This document shows, piece after piece, positions 59,201-64,000 of a stretch of DNA of 64,000 nucleotides. Both the position numbers and the translations under genes were made by a program. The notes below the pieces were generated by a model. The model did not search any database and was not told where the DNA came from. It saw only the letters and a program-made list of their open reading frames with translations. Source of the DNA: Bugula neritina. Lineage: Eukaryota; Animalia; Bryozoa. Numbering within the stretch: the stretch's first letter is position 1; each line of letters opens with the position of its first letter. The DNA lies in contig CAXIUT010000183.1 in the NCBI GenBank assembly GCA_964035545.1, positions 1,240,001 to 1,304,000 on the forward strand. The letters run 5' to 3'.

Positions 59201-62200
59201 ACATACTGAAATATACTGCAACATACTGAAATACACTGCTACATACTGAAATATACTGCAACATACTGCAACATACTGCAATACACTGTAAAATACTGAA
59301 ATACACTGCAACATACTACAACATATTGAAATACACTGCAACACATTGAAATACACTGCAACTTATCGAATATATGGAAAACTACTGAAATATACTGTAA
59401 CGCATTGAAAAAGACTGCAACATACTGAAATATATTGCGACACATTGCAATATACTGTAATATACTGAAAAATGCTGTATCACACTGAAATATACTGCAA
59501 TTCGCTGAAATATACTGCAACATACTGAAATACACCGCAACATCCTACAACATACTAAAATACACTGTAACATTTCGAAATACACTGCAACACATTGAAT
59601 TATACTGCAACATAACGAAATATATGGTAAACTACTGAAATATATTTTAACAAATTGAAAAATACTGCAACATACTGAAATATACTGTAACACACTGAAG
59701 TATACTGCAACATACTGAAATACACTGTAACATACTGAAATATACTGCAACATACTGAAATACACTGCTACATACTGAAACATACTGCAACGTACTGCAA
59801 CATACTGCAGCATACTGAAATACACTGTAACATACTGAAATACACTGCAACATACTACCACATATTGAAATACACTGCAACACATGGAAATGTACTGCAA
59901 CATACCGAAATATATGGTAAACTACTAAAATATACTGTAACACATTGAAAAATACTGCAACATACTGAAATATACTGCGACACCTAGCAATATACTGTAA
60001 CATACTGAAATATGCTCTAGCACACTGAAATACAATGCAACTTACTGAAATATACTGCAACATACTGAAATACACTGCAACATCCTACAATATGCTGAAA
60101 TACACAGTAACATATTGAAATACACTGCAACATATTGAAATATACTGCAACACATTGAAATATACTGCGACATACCTAAATATACGGTAATATACTGAAA
60201 TATACTGTAACACATTTTAAAAATACTGCAACATACTGAAATATACTGTAACACACCGAAATATACTGCAACATACTGAAATACACTGTAACATACTGAA
60301 ATACACTGCTACATACTGAAATATACTGCAACATACTGCAACATACTGAAATACACAGTAACATACTGAAATAAACTGCAACATACTGAAATACACTGCT
60401 ACATACTGAAATATGCTGCAACATACTGCAACATACTGAAATAAACTGCAACATACTACAACATATTGAAATACACTGCAACACATTGAAATATACTGCA
60501 TCATACCTAAATATACGGTAATATACTGAAATTCACTGTAACGCATTGCAAAATACTGCAACATACTGAAATTCACTGCGACACACTGAAATACGCTGCA
60601 AAATACTACAACATACTGAAATAAACTGTAACATATTGAAATACACTGCAACACATTGAAAAATACTGCAACATACTGAAATTTACTGTAACACACTGAA
60701 ATATACTGCAACATACTGAAATACACTGTAACATACTGAAATATACTGCAACATACTGAAATACACTGCTACATACTGAAATATACTGCAACATACTGCA
60801 ACATACTGCAATACACTGTAACATACTGAAATACACTGCAACATACTACAACATATTGAAATACACTGCAACACATTGAAATACACTGCAACTTACCGAA
60901 TATATGGTAAACTACTGAAATATACTGTAACGCATTGAAAAATACTGCAACATACTGAAATATATTGCGACACATTGCAATATACTGTAACATACTGAAA
61001 AATGCTGTAGCACACTGAAATATACTGCAATTCACTGAAATATACTGCAACATACTGAAATACACCGCAACATCCTACAACATACTGAAATACTTTGTAA
61101 CATATTGAAATACACTGCAACACATTGAAATATACTGCAACATAACGAAATATATGGTAAACTAATGAAATATATTTTAACACATTGAAAAATACTGCAA
61201 CATACTGAAATATATTTTAACACATTGAAAAATACTGCAACATACTGAAATACACTGCAACACATTGAAATATACTGCAACATACCGAAATATATGGTAA
61301 ACTACTGAAATATACTGTAACACATTGAAAAATACTGCAACATACTGAAATACACTGTAACATACTGAAATAAACTGCAACATACTACAACATATTGAAA
61401 TACACTGCAACAAATTGAAATATACTGCAACATACCTAAATATACGGTAATATACTGAAATTCACTGTAACGCATTGCAAAATACTGCAACATACTGAAA
61501 TTCACTGCGACACACTGAAATACGCTGCAAAATACTACAACATACTGAAATAAACTGTAACATATTGAAATACACTGCAACACATTGAAATATACTGCAA
61601 CATAACAAAATATATGGTAAACTACTGAAATAGACTTTAACACATTGAAAAATACTGCAACATACTGAAATACACTGTAACATACTGAAATATACTGCAA
61701 CATACTGAAATACACTGCTACATACTGAAATATACTGCAACGTACTGCAACATACTCCAGCATACTGAAATACACTGTAACATACTGAAATACACTGTAA
61801 CATAATGAAGTACACTGCAACACATTGAAATATACTGCAACATGCCAAAATATATGGTAAACAACTGAAATATACTTTAACACATTGAAAAATACTGCAA
61901 CATACTGAAATATACTGCGACACTTTGCAATATACTGTAACATACCGAAATATGCTCTAGCACACTGAAATACACTGCAACTCACTGAAATATACTGCAA
62001 CATACTGAAATACACTGTGACATCCTGAAATATACTGCAACATTCTGAAATACACTGCTACATACTGAAATATACTGCAACATACTGCAACATACTGAAA
62101 TACACTGCAACATACTACAACATACTGAAATACGCTGCAACACATTGAAATATACTGCAACATACCTAAATATACGGTAATATACCGAAATATACTGTAA

Positions 62201-64000
62201 CGCATTGCAAAATAATGCAACATACTGAAATACACTGCGACACACTGAAATACGCTGCAAAATACTACAACATACTGAAATAAACTGTAACACATTGAAA
62301 TACACTGCAAAACATTGAAAAATAATGCAATATACTGAAATATACTGTAACACACTGAAATATACTGCAACATACTGAAATACACTGTAACATACTGAAA
62401 TATACTGTAACATACTGCAACATACTGAAATACACTGTAACATACTGAGATACACTGCCGCATACTGCAACATATTGACCTACACTGCAACACATTGAAA
62501 TATATTGCAACTTATCGAATATATGGAAAACTACTGAAATTTACTGTAACGCATTGAAAAAGACTGCAACATACTGAAATATATTGCGACACATTGCAAT
62601 ATACTGTTATATACTGAAAAATGCTGTATCACACTGAAATATACTGCAATTCGCTGAAATATACTGCAACATACTGAAATACACCGCAACATCCTACAAC
62701 ATACTAAAATACACTGTAACATTTCGAAATACACTGCAACACATTGAATTATACTGCAACATAACGAAATATATGGTAAACTACTGAAATATATTTTAAC
62801 AAATTGAAAAATACTGCAACATACTGAAATATACTGTAGCACACTGAAGTATACTGCAACATACTGAAATACACTGTAACATACTGAAATATACTGCAAC
62901 ATACTGAAATACACTGCTACATACTGAAATATACTGCAACGTACTGCAACATACTGCAGCATACTGAAATACACTGCGACACACTGAAATACGCTGCAAA
63001 ATACTACAACATACTGAAATAAACTGTAACATGTTGAAATACACTGCAACACATTGAAAAATACTGCAACATACTGAAATATACTGTAACACACTGAAAT
63101 ATACTGCAACATACTGAAATACACTGTAACATACTGAAATATACTGCAACATACTGAAATACACTGCTACATACTGAAATATACTGCAACATACTGCAAT
63201 ACACTGTAAAATACTGAAATACACTGCAACATACTACAACATATTGAAATACACTGCAACACATTGAAATACACTGCAACTTATCGAATATATGGAAAAC
63301 TACTGAAATATACTGTAACGCATTGAAAAAGACTGCAACATACTGAAATATATTGCGACACATTGCAATATACTGTAATATACTGAAAAATGCTGTATCA
63401 CACTGAAATATACTGCAATTCGCTGAAATATACTGCAACATACTGAAATACACCGCAACATCCTACAACATACTAAAATACACTGTAACATTTCGAAATA
63501 CACTGCAACACATTGAATTATACTGCAACATAACGAAATATATGGTAAACTACTGAAATATATTTTAACAAATTGAAAAATACTGCAACATACTGAAATA
63601 TACTGTAACACACTGAAGTATACTGCAACATACTGAAATACACTGTAACATACTGAAATATACTGCAACATACTGAAATACACTGCTACATACTGAAACA
63701 TACTGCAACGTACTGCAACATACTGCAGCATACTGAAATACACTGTAACATACTGAAATACACTGCAACATACTACCACATATTGAAATACACTGCAACA
63801 CATTGAAATGTACTGCAACATACCGAAATATATGGTAAACTACTAAAATATACTGTAACACATTGAAAAATACTGCAACATACTGAAGTATACTGCGACA
63901 CCTAGCAATATACTGTAACATACTGAAATATGCTCTAGCACACTGAAATACAATGCAACTTACTGAAATATACTGCAACATACTGAAATACACTGCAACA
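56261..64000. repeat. Satellite array segment 4, continuing beyond the window
   Basis: Same unit. A 1869-bp duplication is marked by ATGTATGGTA at 56772 and 58641, and a more diverged patch lies at ~61800-62500. Confidence 0.99.

Noticed and set aside
4093-63993. Hundreds of Cys/Tyr/Val-rich minus-strand ORFs (e.g. 358 aa at 29265-30341)
   Set aside because: These are translations of the 20-bp satellite dimer, whose minus strand lacks stop codons in all three frames. They overlap in every frame, give the same 20-aa cycle, and are broken by frame-shifting indels.
4181-64000. CRISPR-like repeat/spacer array
   Set aside because: There are no unique spacers between constant repeats and no cas genes; the context is eukaryotic transposons.
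4181-64000. Telomeric repeat array
   Set aside because: There is no G-rich TTAGG/TTAGGG-type unit, and the heterogeneous monomers with kb-scale HORs do not resemble telomerase products.

Overview
Eukaryotic (animal-like) repetitive DNA; I found no cellular gene. About 58 kb (4181-64000) is one tandem satellite array built from 10-bp monomers that alternate as a 20-bp dimer (ATACTGAAAT/ATACTGCAAC). It is organised into nested, mosaic higher-order repeats with periods of 540, 1272, 1869, 1979, ~6215, 8236 and ~10,700 bp. The Cys/Tyr/Val-rich minus-strand ORFs in the track are artefacts of this satellite. Four transposon-derived pieces sit in or beside it. (1) At <1-4180 (minus strand) is a BEL/Pao LTR retrotransposon with a 451-bp 5' LTR. 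Its uninterrupted ORF of at least 1235 codons runs off the left edge, which is probably why the ORF track omits it. The ORF encodes Gag with three zinc knuckles and an aspartic protease, then passes through a Ser/Thr-rich linker directly into a truncated, catalytically degenerate RNase H. There is no reverse transcriptase and no canonical tRNA primer-binding site. (2) A solo LTR of the same family, apparently identical, lies at 11966-12416 with an ATACT target-site duplication (TSD) at the equivalent satellite position. (3) A 755-bp MITE with 24-bp terminal inverted repeats (TIRs) and a TA TSD lies at 51617-52371. (4) A 384-bp 3' end of a CR1/L2-group LINE lies at 55877-56260. The most notable item is the RT-less but fully open BEL/Pao element resident in the satellite. 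All translations and alignments were done by eye; no database searches were run.
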